Origin: Terrimicrobiaceae bacterium | GTDB taxonomy: Bacteria > Verrucomicrobiota > Verrucomicrobiia > Chthoniobacterales > Terrimicrobiaceae | Reading direction: 5' to 3' | Length of the DNA: 33,082 nucleotides | Assembly: GCA_041752695.1 (NCBI GenBank) | Contig: JBGSVZ010000089.1 | Span: forward strand, 1-33,082 | Part shown: positions 10,874-22,700 of the stretch, piece by piece | Position numbering within the stretch: position 1 is the stretch's first letter | How the letters are laid out: the number at the start of each line of letters is the position of its first letter | Notes under the pieces: generated by a model | Database searches by the model: none | What the model was told of the DNA's origin: nothing | The model's input: the letters and a program-made list of their open reading frames with translations, nothing else | Translations under genes and position numbers: made by a program

Positions 10874-13846
10874 ATGAAGCTCTCCGCGATTCTTCCCGCC
10901 CTTGTTCTCGGACTCACTCCGTTGGCAAATGTCCGCTCCGCGGAGCTCCAAACCGCCGCGCAAGTCGTGGCCGCCTTGGAGGAGGCCCGGAAAAAGTCTT
11001 CCACCGGGTCCGAAGATTCCCCCGCCAGCCAGCTCAAAAGCAAACTCGAAGCCTTTGCGACGACAGCGCCTTCCATGAGCCCGACGGAGGCCGCACAGGG
11101 CTGGCTCGATCTCTTCAAAACCTGGCGGGAACAAGGCCCCGATCGGCGGGCATCCTTCCACGATCGCGAAGAAAGCGGATTCAATGCTCTCGTCAGCGCC
11201 CTGCCCCCGCCTCCTGCTTGGAACGCGCTGAAAGCAAAACTCTCCAGCGACCCGATGGGCGACACCCTTCAAGACCAACTCCTCGCCATGTTTGCCGCGA
11301 CTTTGAATGAGGATCCGGTCGGCCAATGGAAAGCTCTGGTCGAGTTGCAATCGCTGGCCAGGGGGGACCTCTCAAAATCCCCTTCTCTGGAATCCCTCAA
11401 TCAAAAAATGGGGGGACAAGCCGGCAAAACGCTTGATCAACTCGTCCTGCAATTCCTCTCCCCACTTCTCAAACTCTCCGATCAGCCTGAGGAGATCCTG
11501 AAGGGACTCGACATGCAACTCACGGCCATGAGCGCGATGGACGAAGGCTACCATTCTTCACTGAGTCTGCCGGATCTCGTGAGCATCGCAGGCGAGGCGA
11601 AAGCCGAAACCGTTCTCAAAAAGGCCATCACCGCGGGGGTTGCCTTTCAAACCGAAGGCGAAAAAACGCGCGAACTCGCCAGTCGATTGGTTCTGGAAAA
11701 TCTCTCCGCCGTCAAGACGCCGCCGTGGGGCCTCGTGGACGGCCTCAGCGAACAAAACATAAAGCTCTACGAAGCTCTCGCGAAAAAATTTCCCGGTCAG
11801 GACAGTCAAAATCAATACGAACAAAAGCAGGCGGCGGAATTTTATGTTCTTTCCCTGATCCTCGCGGGAAAAACCGCGGCTGCCGACGCCTGGCTGGCGG
11901 TCCCCGCAAACAGCACCGAGGCGAGTCTTCCGCATCGCGGTCTGAGTTCCGTGCTTGCCACAGGAAAGGGAAAGATCGTCTTGGACTATCTTCTTCATGC
12001 CCTTGCCGCGAATCCCAGCCTTCCATTCTGGGGCGAACTCATCAGTCTAGCCGCGCAGGAAGGCCGCTCCGGTGAGGCTCTGGCCCTCGCGAAAAAGTTT
12101 GCCGCCGATAAAGATCTTCGGGCCGCGAAACGGGAGGAGGTATTTCAGCTTCTCACCACTGCGGCGCTCGCCGATGGTTCTGTCGATGAGGGTATCGGAT
12201 TGCTGCGCGAGCGCCTGGCGCTTCTCAAGGCTCAGAAAAAGCCCGAAGCGAGTGACCTTCGAAACGTCGCACTGAAAATGGCCGAGTTGGGGCAACTGCT
12301 CAAACGCAACGACCTGCGCGAGGAGGGTATCCGCGAGGCCCTTGCCGTAAAACCCGACACGGAACGCTCCACTGACAGCGAGCTGCTTACCCTTCTCACC
12401 GAGACGGGACGCACGGCAGAGGCCCAAGCTCTCATCGTCGATATACTCAAAGCGGGCCTCTCCCAGCGCGGGTATCCGTCCTCCTTTCCCATCGACCTCT
12501 CCAGCGAACTAACCAACCTGGCGGGGATTTACGACCAGGCCGGGCGTTCGAGCGATGTCCTCTTCCTCCTCGCAGAAGCTCCCTGGTGGGGAGCCAAGGA
12601 CCTTGCCATGATTCGGCCTCAAACGGATTTCCGGCGGGTTCCCCTGGGAGTGATTGCCGCCCGCGCGCTCGTGGCAAACGGCGACAAGGCGAGAGCCGTT
12701 GCGGTGCTCCAGGAGACGCTTCGGCGCGCGGCCTCGAATGACACCGCCTACCGCATGTTGGTGGACCTTGAGGGCCAGAACGCCCTTCCCTTTTTGGAGA
12801 CCCAAGCCGCGCGCAATCGCTTCGAAGAACGTCCGTTGATTTGGAAAGCCACTCTGCAACTCGCCGCAGGAGATATTTCGGGCGCAGACCAGACCATCCG
12901 CGCCGCGATTGCGATTGATCCATCCGATGGCGAAATGGGCCCGGGTGACCGCATGCGGGCCTACACCGTGCTGGCCGATATTCTGGAAAAGCAGGGCAAA
13001 CCGGATGACGCCAAAATCTACCGTGGAGCCGTGGAGGCCATCCGCCTGTCGGAGGAAGCGGACAAATACCAAAATGCCGGCCTCCTTTCCCAGGCGATCT
13101 CCATGTATGAGAAAGCCCTCACCTATTTCGCAGACGCCTACTGCATCCAGTCCCGCCTCGCCGTTCAACTGGCGGATCTCGGCGACATGAAGAAGGCGGA
13201 GGACCATTACCGCCGCGCTTATGAACTGATGCCTGATAGCTTCGGGCGAATGGAAAGCCATTGCTTCGGCTGCGAACGCGCATTCAAGGGAGAAATGGCC
13301 GAATCCCTCGCGGAAAAAACCTTCCGCAAAATGATCGAGGAAAAACCCGCCAAGCCCCAGACCTACTACCTTATGGGCTATCTCCGCACGGAACAGGGCC
13401 GGCCTGCCGATGCCCTTCCCTTCTTTCAGAAAGCCGTCGAACTCGATCCCGACTACATCAACGCCTGGCAGAAAATTCTCGGTCTTGATGACGACATTCT
13501 CCTGCCCAACAAAGTTCGCAACGAAGCCGTCTTCGCCATCCTTCGTCTCAATCCCGACGCGGCCCGAGGCGCGCTCCGTCAGGTCACCGACTTGAAAAAA
13601 ATGTGGACGGTGGTGGAAAAACTCCGCTCCGAATTTCCGCCTGAAAAGCCCACCCCGGTTTTTCCGCTCATCGCCAGCGCGGAAAAAATCGACGCCCAGG
13701 AACAACAGGATCCCTCCTTCCGCCAACGGTTGCGAATGATGCGAGGCGAAGAAGGATTGAAGACTCCCGGAGCTGTCCTCACGGAACAAGAGGTCATCCA
13801 GGAGATCTCCCGGGCGCTGACCAATTTCTCCCAGATGGGCATATAA
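10874..13846 (+). CDS. Large secreted all-helical TPR-repeat protein (990 aa)
   Basis: N-terminal signal peptide and TPR-like units such as TYYLMGYLRTEQGRPADALPFFQKAVELDPDY and AISMYEKALTYF. The ORF is long and uninterrupted. Confidence 0.85.
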   Translation: MKLSAILPALVLGLTPLANVRSAELQTAAQVVAALEEARKKSSTGSEDSPASQLKSKLEAFATTAPSMSPTEAAQGWLDLFKTWREQGPDRRASFHDREESGFNALVSALPPPPAWNALKAKLSSDPMGDTLQDQLLAMFAATLNEDPVGQWKALVELQSLARGDLSKSPSLESLNQKMGGQAGKTLDQLVLQFLSPLLKLSDQPEEILKGLDMQLTAMSAMDEGYHSSLSLPDLVSIAGEAKAETVLKKAITAGVAFQTEGEKTRELASRLVLENLSAVKTPPWGLVDGLSEQNIKLYEALAKKFPGQDSQNQYEQKQAAEFYVLSLILAGKTAAADAWLAVPANSTEASLPHRGLSSVLATGKGKIVLDYLLHALAANPSLPFWGELISLAAQEGRSGEALALAKKFAADKDLRAAKREEVFQLLTTAALADGSVDEGIGLLRERLALLKAQKKPEASDLRNVALKMAELGQLLKRNDLREEGIREALAVKPDTERSTDSELLTLLTETGRTAEAQALIVDILKAGLSQRGYPSSFPIDLSSELTNLAGIYDQAGRSSDVLFLLAEAPWWGAKDLAMIRPQTDFRRVPLGVIAARALVANGDKARAVAVLQETLRRAASNDTAYRMLVDLEGQNALPFLETQAARNRFEERPLIWKATLQLAAGDISGADQTIRAAIAIDPSDGEMGPGDRMRAYTVLADILEKQGKPDDAKIYRGAVEAIRLSEEADKYQNAGLLSQAISMYEKALTYFADAYCIQSRLAVQLADLGDMKKAEDHYRRAYELMPDSFGRMESHCFGCERAFKGEMAESLAEKTFRKMIEEKPAKPQTYYLMGYLRTEQGRPADALPFFQKAVELDPDYINAWQKILGLDDDILLPNKVRNEAVFAILRLNPDAARGALRQVTDLKKMWTVVEKLRSEFPPEKPTPVFPLIASAEKIDAQEQQDPSFRQRLRMMRGEEGLKTPGAVLTEQEVIQEISRALTNFSQMGI

Positions 13847-13851
13847 AATTT

Positions 13852-15060
13852 CTAAGCTGGAGCCGCCCGTGAGGCACCTTCGCCTTCACCGTCATTCGTC
13901 GCCGGGCGATCCCAGAAATACCGTTTGAGCAGCACCTTAAGCGTCGCGGTGAGCGGCACGGCCAGCAAGGCGCCCAGCAGACCTCCAAGGACCACACTCC
14001 AGACCAGCACGGAGATGATGACCGTAAACGGATGCAGTCCGACGGATTCGCCCACGATCTTGGGCGAGATGAAAAATCCCTCAAACTGGTTGGCCGCGAC
14101 AAAAATCATGGTGACCCAAAACGGATGCCACCAATCGCCGAACTGCATGGCCGCAATGAGGACGGCGGGGATCCAGCAGATCATCATGCCGGCGTAGGGG
14201 ATGAGACCCAGGATGCAGACCATCAGGCCGATCAGCAGCGCGAAATCCAGCCGGATGAACACCAGCAGGCAAAAGCCGATGAGCACGCCATCAATCATGC
14301 TCACCATCAATTGCCCTCGGAAAAAACTGATGAGGTAACTGTTGATCTCGCTGAGCAGCGAGACGATTTCGTTTTTCAATGGTGAGGCGCGCAGGGGGAG
14401 ATAGTTGCTCCAGTTTTCCGAGATGGACCGGCCGTCGTTGAGGAAGAAAAACAGAAAAACCGGCACGAGGATGAGACTGAGCATCACCCCGAACGCCCCG
14501 AGCACCCCGCCCGCGCTCCGCGAGAGAAAGCTACCCGTGGCCGCGGCAAAATTGGGGGCCTGATCCTGCAGCCATTTCACGCCGTTGTTGGCCATCGTGG
14601 CGAAATAACTCGTCACTGGGTCTTGGGGCGCCTCGGGGTCTGCAGCTCTTTTGAACATCGGGAGTTCGCTCAACTTGCGCGCCTCCTCGATGGTCTGGGT
14701 GACGAGTCTTTGCGCCCGTTCCGAATACGAAGGAAGATTTCGGGCGAAGACCTCGCCCTGATGCCACGCGGTCGGGAGAATCCAGAGCAGGATGCCAGCG
14801 CCAAGCCCTAGGATGGCGAGAAAAACCACGATGACCGCCTTCATGCGCGACAGGCGGCGTTGTTCCAGCCAGCGCACGACGGGTTCGAGCAGATAGGCCA
14901 GGATGCCGGCAATGGCGAGAGGCAGGAGCACGGGGCGGAGAAATCCGATCGCGTCGAGCACCAGCTTGCCCACCAGGTAAATCACTCCTCCCAGGGCCAC
15001 AAAAGAAAGCGCCGTGATGGCCGCCCAAAACATCTTTCGTTGGAACAAGGTGGGCGGCAT
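13852..15060 (-). CDS. AI-2E family (PerM/TqsA-like) transporter
   Basis: Motifs AGILAYLLEPVV, FFRGQL, LGLIPYAG, ISPKIVGESVGLHP and GALLAVPL, with multiple TM segments. ATG 15060 is preferred. Confidence 0.92.
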   Translation of the reverse strand: MPPTLFQRKMFWAAITALSFVALGGVIYLVGKLVLDAIGFLRPVLLPLAIAGILAYLLEPVVRWLEQRRLSRMKAVIVVFLAILGLGAGILLWILPTAWHQGEVFARNLPSYSERAQRLVTQTIEEARKLSELPMFKRAADPEAPQDPVTSYFATMANNGVKWLQDQAPNFAAATGSFLSRSAGGVLGAFGVMLSLILVPVFLFFFLNDGRSISENWSNYLPLRASPLKNEIVSLLSEINSYLISFFRGQLMVSMIDGVLIGFCLLVFIRLDFALLIGLMVCILGLIPYAGMMICWIPAVLIAAMQFGDWWHPFWVTMIFVAANQFEGFFISPKIVGESVGLHPFTVIISVLVWSVVLGGLLGALLAVPLTATLKVLLKRYFWDRPATNDGEGEGASRAAPA

Positions 15061-15138
15061 CGCGTCATTCCTATCGACCAAAAAGTGCGGAGAAAAGCCG
15101 GAAGTCCCGCATTTTTAGGCTCAGCGTTTGGACCTCTC

Positions 15139-15197
15139 CTGTAGCCCGCACCGCCGGGGCGGTTCTTCCCGAGCCGTCCCAGCGGGACGGCCTACAG
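15139..15197. repeat. GTAG-type REP doublet (inverted pair)
   Basis: CTGTAG-CCCGCACCGCCGGGGCGG ... GCCGTCCCAGCGGGACGGC-CTACAG: two GTAG-headed hairpins facing each other. Confidence 0.55.
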
Positions 15198-15279
15198 TGA
15201 CCGGAAGGGGCCGTTTGGTCCTTCCGGAAAAATTTTCCCGGTGCACCTTTCCGATTCCACGCGTATATCTCCCAGCGGC

Positions 15280-15519
15280 ATGAAGATTTTGGAGTATCTC
15301 AAATCCCGCCTGCAGGGCGTTCCACCGGTCACCCCGGCCGAACGCATCCTGGCCAAGCGCTGGGTCAAGGAACGCCTCAAACGCATCTTCCCCGAACTCC
15401 GTCACGACCCCAAAGCCCTCGAAGAGGCGTATCAGGCGCTCAGTCTCGAACCCCTCCCCGGCGCGGGCAAGGGCGGAGCCACGATGTTTGAAGTCGTCCT
15501 GCCGGGGAAAATCGAATAG
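15280..15519 (+). CDS. Small hypothetical protein (79 aa)
   Basis: ATG start, host-like C-ending codons and a position filling the gap before htrA. Sequence MKILEYLKSRLQGVPP...FEVVLPGKIE. Confidence 0.7.
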   Translation: MKILEYLKSRLQGVPPVTPAERILAKRWVKERLKRIFPELRHDPKALEEAYQALSLEPLPGAGKGGATMFEVVLPGKIE

Positions 15520-15551
15520 TCCCGCAGTGAAATCGGGCGCTGCGGCGGAAA

Positions 15552-15574
15552 CACGCTAAAGCGTGGACTCCAAC
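15552..15574 (-). repeat. Single GGAG-type REP unit, same family as the doublets at 16674 and 22889
   Basis: The reverse complement is GTTGGAGTCCACGCTTTAGCGTG (GGAG head plus CACGC/GCGTG hairpin). Confidence 0.75.
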
Positions 15575-15601
15575 GGACTCCTGATATTACTAGTCTCTCG
15601 C

Positions 15602-16669
15602 ATGAAAAGCCTGCTGAGTTTTGTCGGTTTTGTTGTTTTCGCCGCACTGGTGGTCGCCGGATTTTATTTTTGGCGTCAGGCCCACCCGCTCCCTGTCCCC
15701 GCTTCCCATCTGCCGTCCCTCACGGCGCTTGACCAGGAGTTCACCTCGCTCGTGGCGGAGGTTCTGCCCTCCGTGGTGAGCATCAACGCCCTGCCGGTCA
15801 GCGCCACCAATCCTCGCGAACTGATGGTCCGGCGCATGATGGGGCCGGAGTCGGCCTCCAGCGGTTCGGGCGTGATCGTTTCCGAGAGCGGCCACATTGT
15901 GACCAACCTGCACGTCATCACCGGAGCTGGCGCCCTGGAGGTGCAACTCGGGGATGGCCGCGTTTTGCCGGCCGCCGTGGTCGGAGCCGATCCCCTCTCC
16001 GATATTGCCATCCTGAAAATCGAGGCCCCGGATTTGACGCCCCTGCCGTTTGCGGACTCGGACGCCGTGAAAGTGGGGCAGATGGTTTTCGCCGTGGGCA
16101 ATCCGCTCGGGCTGCACGAAACCGTCACGCAGGGCATCATCAGCGCCAAAGGAAGGCGCGCCCAGAGTGAGGCCGCCAACGAATTTTTCCAGACCGACGC
16201 CGCCATCAATCCCGGCAACTCCGGCGGCCCGCTGGTAAACCTGCGCGGCGAGATCATCGCCATCAACAATTCCGTCTCTCTGCAAGGCCAGGGTATCGGG
16301 TTTGCCATCCCGTCAAATACCGTCCGCCGGGTTTTTGAAAACATCCGCGACCACGGCAGGTTCATCCGCCCCTGGTTCGGCGCGTTTATGGCCCGCACCA
16401 TCACGCCGCAACTGGCCGCGCAATTGCGGCTGCCCGACACCTCCGGCGCGTTTGTGCGGGGGGTTTATGCCGGCTCTCCCGCCGAGCAAGCCGGACTCAA
16501 ACCCGGAGACGTGATCGTGGAATTTAACGGCAAGCCGATTCGTGACCCCATCGACCTCCGCAATCGCGTGATCGAGACCGAGATCGGCCAGCGCGCCGTC
16601 CTCCGCCTCCTCCGCGGCGGCAAGGAAATCGAAGCGCCTGTCACCATCGCCGCCGAGCCCGGGGCGTAA
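15602..16669 (+). CDS. HtrA/DegS-like membrane-anchored serine protease with one PDZ domain
   Basis: N-terminal TM, catalytic triad motifs TNLHV, SDIA and TDAAINPGNSGGP, and a single PDZ (GSPAEQAGLKPGDVI). Confidence 0.93.
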   Translation: MKSLLSFVGFVVFAALVVAGFYFWRQAHPLPVPASHLPSLTALDQEFTSLVAEVLPSVVSINALPVSATNPRELMVRRMMGPESASSGSGVIVSESGHIVTNLHVITGAGALEVQLGDGRVLPAAVVGADPLSDIAILKIEAPDLTPLPFADSDAVKVGQMVFAVGNPLGLHETVTQGIISAKGRRAQSEAANEFFQTDAAINPGNSGGPLVNLRGEIIAINNSVSLQGQGIGFAIPSNTVRRVFENIRDHGRFIRPWFGAFMARTITPQLAAQLRLPDTSGAFVRGVYAGSPAEQAGLKPGDVIVEFNGKPIRDPIDLRNRVIETEIGQRAVLRLLRGGKEIEAPVTIAAEPGA

Positions 16670-16673
16670 AACC

Positions 16674-16731
16674 GTTGGAGTCCAGCCTTCAGGCTGTTCC
16701 AGAAAAGCCCACGCTGAAGTGTGAAATCCAA
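16674..16731 (+). repeat. GGAG-type REP doublet (REPIN-like), copy 1
   Basis: GTTGGAGTCCAGCCTTCAGGCTG-ttccagaaaagcc-CACGCTGAAGTGTGAAATCCAA, 50/58 identical to 22889-22945. Confidence 0.8.
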
Positions 16732-16745
16732 GCCCCTCAACGTTT

Positions 16746-19700
16746 CTACCTGCGGCGGAGCAAAATTCCGCCCGCGCCGAGCAAAACTAGCAGCGCAGCG
16801 CCCGGCTCAGGCACACCCATAATGGTGATCGAGAACGAACCTCCGGCCCCCCAGGAGGTGAACCAATCCACCCCTTCCGCGAGGTTCACCCCGACGAAGC
16901 CATTGTTGGAGTCCGTCGCCCAGTTGGCATTGATGGTGTTGCCGACACCACCGCCCGCGTCGATCAGCAGGAACGTGTCATTGACCTGCGGAGCGTATGT
17001 GTCGGCAAAGTTGATGGAAATTTCATCGAGAAAAACTCCCCTCCCGCCATCGGTGAATGCCATCTGGTCGTAGTCGTCCAGGGCAAAAATATCCATGACG
17101 ATGGTTCCGGAATACCCCTGCGTGTACAATCCGTTAAAGGTGGCAGTGGCACCGATCTCATTGTCCACGCCAACATAGAGCGATCCATTGTCGTTGACCG
17201 TAGCATTGATCAAGCCTTGTGCATAAAAACCAGCGACCTCGTCATTGGTGAACACACCCTTGGTGCCGGAGGTGTCCGAGAGGGAAACCGATCCATACAC
17301 CGTGCCGAAATTTGAGACATCCACCGAGTCCGCTCCGGTGTAATTGATGGCCTGAAGTGACCCTGCCTGCACGACTCCCGTGTTCTGGACAACAATCAGA
17401 TTGTCGGCGTTCCCACCATCCACCCAGATGCCGTATCCATTCGAGCCGGAACCTCCCGAGACCGTCCCCCCGACGCTGAGGGCAACATTGCCCGCTCCGA
17501 GAGAACCGGCGGTGTCATTTTGCGCAAATATCGCGCTGGCTCCCGCACCGTTGCTGGAAATCAGGCTGCCCCCAACCGTCTCCACCGTGACATTGCCCGC
17601 CGTTCCCGAGCCTACCATTCCCGTGGAATGCGCGCCCCCCGTCGAGCCCGCGAAGGATCCCGTCAGCCCGCCACCACCGGAGATGGACTGGGCAACCACA
17701 CCAAAGGCCCCGGCCCCGGAGGTCTGGATCGTGCCGGTGACATTCACATCCACCCCGCCGCCATAACCCAGCGCGGTGCCGCTGTTGACCACGGCCGGGG
17801 TCGTGGTGAGGCCGCTGCCTGAGGAAGGATTGGCAATGCCACCCCCACCGCCAACGGATTGCGCCACCAAGCCATGCGACCCGGCTCCCGACGTCGTAAT
17901 GTTCGAGTAATCCGTGGAGATGATGACCGCGCCGCCGTTGTAGGAATCGGACCCGGCCGCCTGCATCCCCAACGAAATGGTGCCGCCCTGCTGCGAGGTC
18001 GCGATGCCGCCGCCGCCCCCGATGGACTGTGCCACCAACCCAAAGGCATTGTCGCCAAAAGTTTGAATATTCAGCAAAGCCGCGGACGTCACCGCATTGC
18101 CCAAGCCGAAGGAATTCCGGCTGCCGAGAGTCAGATCCACCGCCAGACCCGTGGGCGCGGAGGTTCCGGAAAACTCCCGACTGGACCCGATGATGGCCAC
18201 CCCGCCGCCGCCGCCGATGGACTGCAGGACGACGCCATGCGCCGCTTCGCCCCGGGTCGTCACCGATCCGCCTTCGTTAAGATTCACCGCCCCGCCGTGA
18301 CCACCGACGCCCGAAGCGGAACTCGTGCCGCCGAGCCAGACCATGCCATTGGCCGCCGCAGTATCCACCGTGGCCAGCCCCCCGCCGCCGCCGAGGGATT
18401 GCGCCAGGATGCCATAGGAGCCGTAGCCGGTGGATCCGCTCACCCCGGTCGTGATGACGGTGTTGACCAAGTTAACATTCACCGTGCCTCCTGCGCCGTG
18501 ACCATCCACCGCGCCAAGTTTGATTCCCCGGCCGCTCGTCACCGTGCTGCCGGAAATCACCTGGGAGATCGTGCCGGAAAAATCCGCATAGGCCGTCGAG
18601 TCGGTTCCGAAAATCGACGACGCCTTGCCGCCCCCGGCCCCAATTGATTGAGCCACCATCCCGTGGGAAAGGTCGCCCTGCGTTTGAATCTGCGGGGCGC
18701 TGGATTGGGTAGAGATGCCGCTGGTGATTGTGACCAATCCCCCATTGGCCTGGTCGTTGCTGGACAAATTCACGCCCAGGGTGAAATCCAGGTGCAGTGG
18801 GAGAAGTCCCACGCTGGGAGTGACGCTGAGCAGATGCCGGTCCTGACCCGTCGAGGCGATGCCTCCCCCGGCGCTGATCGACTGCGCCACGATCCCCGAG
18901 GCGTCGCCTCCGGCCGTGGCGATGTTGGCGGTTTGTGTCACGGTCACCGCGCCGCCATCACCCATCGTTCCAGACGATTGGCCCACGGTGGCTCCCAGTC
19001 CCAGGCTGGAGGTGATGTCCGCTGTGCCGTCGGCACCATGTCCGCCGCCGCCGCCGATCGATTGCGCCACCACGGCATGTGCGCCATACCCACCGGTCGT
19101 CGTCTGACCCGCGATGTTCACCCCCACCGCGCCGCCATCGTGTCCGTCCCCGCCCTGGCCACCGACCGACACCACCGCGCCAAACTGGATCACGCCATCA
19201 TACACGTCAAAAAGCCCGGGATTGGTAGCCGCCGTGGCCGCCCCGCCCTGGCCGCCGCCCCCGGAGATCGACTGCGCCAGCACCCCCATGGCTTGGAATC
19301 CTTCGGTCTTCACCGTGCCTGCCTGATCGACAGAAACGGTGCCACCTCGTCCCCCGCCGCCCCCTCCCCCGCCAATCGCCGCACCAAGAGTGACTTGGGA
19401 CGAATACGAGGTGGCCGAGAACAGCAGATTGGTGATCGAACCGATCTTGCCCACGCCGGCCTGAGCGTCGGCATTTCCGCCCGCTCCACCGCCGCCGCCA
19501 ATGCTCTGGGCCAGGATGCCGGTGCCGGTGTTGCCTGTCGTTTCCACCGTCCCCGTGTTGCCCACCTGCACCGAATAGCCCAGGCTGTTGGTGCCGGAGG
19601 CGTTTCCGCCGGCCCCGCCGCTGCCGCCGAGTGAAACCCCGACGGTGATCTTGTTATTGCTGCCGTCCGTGCTGCCGCCACCCCCTAATCCGCCGCCGCC

Positions 19701-22700
19701 GCCGATGGCCTGGGCGACGATCCCCCGCGAGTTGGAGCCATCGGTGCGAATCGTGCCGCCATTGGTCACTTCGGCGGGGCCAGCCTCGCCCCCGCCCGCG
19801 CCGCTTCCCCCCAAGCCAATCGTCAGGGCCAGCACGTCGGCCGATGTCCCGGGGGTTGTGCCGGACCCGGTCGAGGAGCCCGAGTAGGGCGAATGCAGGT
19901 TGCCATTGCCAATTCCCCCGCTCCCCCCGCCGCCGCCGACCGACTGCGCCACCAAGCCCGAAGCGTCCTGACCGTGAGTGCGGACAGTTGACGATCCGCC
20001 GGAATTGGTGAGGCTCACCGAGCCGCCCGCCCCCGCTTTGCCCCCGGCCCCGCCGATGGATAGATTCAGACTGGAAACCAAACCGCTGCGCGCCCCCAAC
20101 GTGGATGTCGCGGTGGAATCGCCGCCCATGCCCCCGCCGCCGCCCACACTCTGGGCAATCATCGCGTGGGAACCATCCCCGCGGGTGGTCACCGAACCGG
20201 TGTTGGTCAGGCCGACCACGCCGCCATCCGCTGCCAGGCCGCCGCTGCCTCCCACGCCCACGGAGGCGCCGAGAGTGACTCCCAGGGTGGTGGAGCCGGT
20301 CGTCGTGTCCGCAATGGCTCCCGAGCCGGACAACCGGAACGACAAACTCTTGGCCGTCGCCAGCCCACCGTGGCCCCCGCCCCCGCCCACCGATTGCGCC
20401 AGGATGCCGTAGGAGTCCGCGCCATCAGGCTGGCCCGCTCCCGGGAAAGTGACCGTGTTGGTGCCGGTTAAGATCACCCCGGCGTTGGTGCCGGAAATCG
20501 CGCCACCAGAACCCCCATCGCCGCCGGAGCCCCCAATCGCAAGGGAAATGGCCAGATGCGCACCATCATCGCCCACCGGCACCGTGTAGCTGGAAGCCGC
20601 TCCCCCCGAACCGCCGCCCCCCCCAACGGACATGAGATGCAGGGCGGTCGAATTGTTTCCCAAGGTGGTGAGAGTGCCTCCTGCGCCGACCGTTCCGGTG
20701 ACCACTCCGCCGCTCCCTCCCGAACCTCCCTTGCCACCCATGCCAAGACCCACCCCCGCCCCGATTTCGGTAGCCGTCCCGCCATGCCCGCCACCGCCGC
20801 CGACACTTTGGGCCATCACCCCGGTCGAATGGTCGGCCAGCGTTTCAAGGACTCCGCCCACCCCCACATTTACCGCTCCGCCTTCCCCGCCGGAGCCACC
20901 CTTTCCTCCCACCGCCACAAAAAGACCGAAGGCATTCCCTCCATTGCCGCCGCCCCCGCCAATCGATTGGGCCAAAACGCCGAGCGAGTTGGTGTCCAGT
21001 GTCAGGATCCTGCTTCCTGCGGCGGTGTTGACTCCGACAGTGCCCCCATCGCCCCCGGCCCCACCCTGATCGCCCACAAAGGCGGCAGGTTTTCCGCCCG
21101 CACTCCCGCCTCCTCCGCCGATGGACTGAGCCACGATGCCGATGGACGCCTGAGCCTCCTCGCGGCCACTGCCCGTGATAATCTCGCCGCCGTGAACGAC
21201 CGTCACCGATCCGCCCAGGGTCGCCGCTCCGCTGCTGTTTTCGCTATTCCCAATGATAAATCCATCCGCCTCCGAAGTGCCTGAGAATTCATTCAAAATC
21301 ACCCCGCCATTCGCGACGCTGAGCGCCACGATCCCGTGGGCTCCGGCCCCATCCGTGTTGACGATGGAACCCAATTCGGTCGTGACCGAAACTTCGGCGC
21401 CGTTTCCAGGAACGGTCGCACCGTCGCTGCCGAGGTAACCGGGCCCGCCGTTGCCGGTCACAAAAGCCGCTCCCCCGATGCTCAAAGCGGCCACGCCGAA
21501 GGAAGCGGTTCCCGACGACGTGATCGTTCCGCTATGATCCACCACCACCTGACCGCCACTCCCCTGGCCGGACTTGCCGGAGGTCTGCTGGGGCGAAAAG
21601 GGATTAATCAACACGTCCGTACCGGCGCTCACCGCCAGAAGTCCGATGGAAAGTTTCGCATTGGTATTGCCGACCGTGACCGTGGAATTGGCCTCGGTCG
21701 TGACATTCACCGTGCCACCCTGGACCGATTGACCCTTGTTGGTGTCCTGCACGGTATAGGCCTCGCTCACGGCGAAAACCCCGACGCCGGTGTCCGCCTC
21801 GAGGAGAGAAATTCTGGAACCCCCGCTCAACGTCACAATCACATCCCCTGCGAGCGCCACCGCCGGACTGGCGTTCGTAAATTGCGCACCGGTGGCCGTG
21901 GCCATGATGCCCGCGCCTTTGTTGGAGGGATTCGTGATGGTGCCGCCGTGGTTAACGGCCACCGTCGCCACCCCGCCGGAAACGCCGCCGTTTTCGTCAC
22001 CCGAACCAACCGCCGTCGAGGCGGAGATGCCCGCCGTCACGACATTTCCCGGGACCTGGGAGAGCCGAATGGACGAGTTCGCCGCCGTGGTGACGGTCAC
22101 GTCTCCGCCAGGAAATGTGAGCGCGGAGGAATCCTCCACCCCGCTGCTGACCGCCTGAATTCCGCTCACTTGAGCCGTCCGGGTGCCCGGCGGATTGAGG
22201 GTGACTGCGCCACCCACAAAAGTGTTGCTGCCGTTCAGTTGCAGAGTGCCGGTATGAGTGAGGACGATGGCGGCTCCGGGGACACCCGCGGTATCGTAGT
22301 TCGGTGGCGAACTGACCCGGAAATCAATCGCCGCAAACCCCAGCGAATCCCCAAAGGCTCCCGTGGGATTAGCCATGTCGTTCACCGTGATGTTTGTGGT
22401 GGCACCAACCGTGATGTCGCCGGTGTTGCTGAAGATGGAGATCGGGGAATTCCCGTTGGTGCCAGTGATGGTGATGGGATTTCCGGCAAACTGGACGGTG
22501 ATCGGGTAAACAGTGGGGTCCCCGTTTTGCGCGTTGAAACTGGCAGACATCGGCGCGCCATCCGTGCCACTCAGGATGACGGTATAGGTGTTGGAGGAAG
22601 GTCCGGTGATCGTAAGGTCGCCCGAATCGGAGATGGCCGGTTGCGCTGCCGCTTTGGCGGCGACGAGAAGAAACACCAGGAGCACGAAGAAACTCCCCTC

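Noticed and set aside
13259..13276. HCFGCE as a c-type heme attachment site
   Set aside because: Heme c needs CxxCH; here the His precedes the cysteines.
17680..21135. Recurring CCGCCGCCGCC...GATGGACTG DNA repeats as a CRISPR array or DGR-type repeat
   Set aside because: They are irregularly spaced, synonymous-variable and in frame, and simply encode the AQSIGGGGG protein repeats. No cas or reverse transcriptase gene is present.
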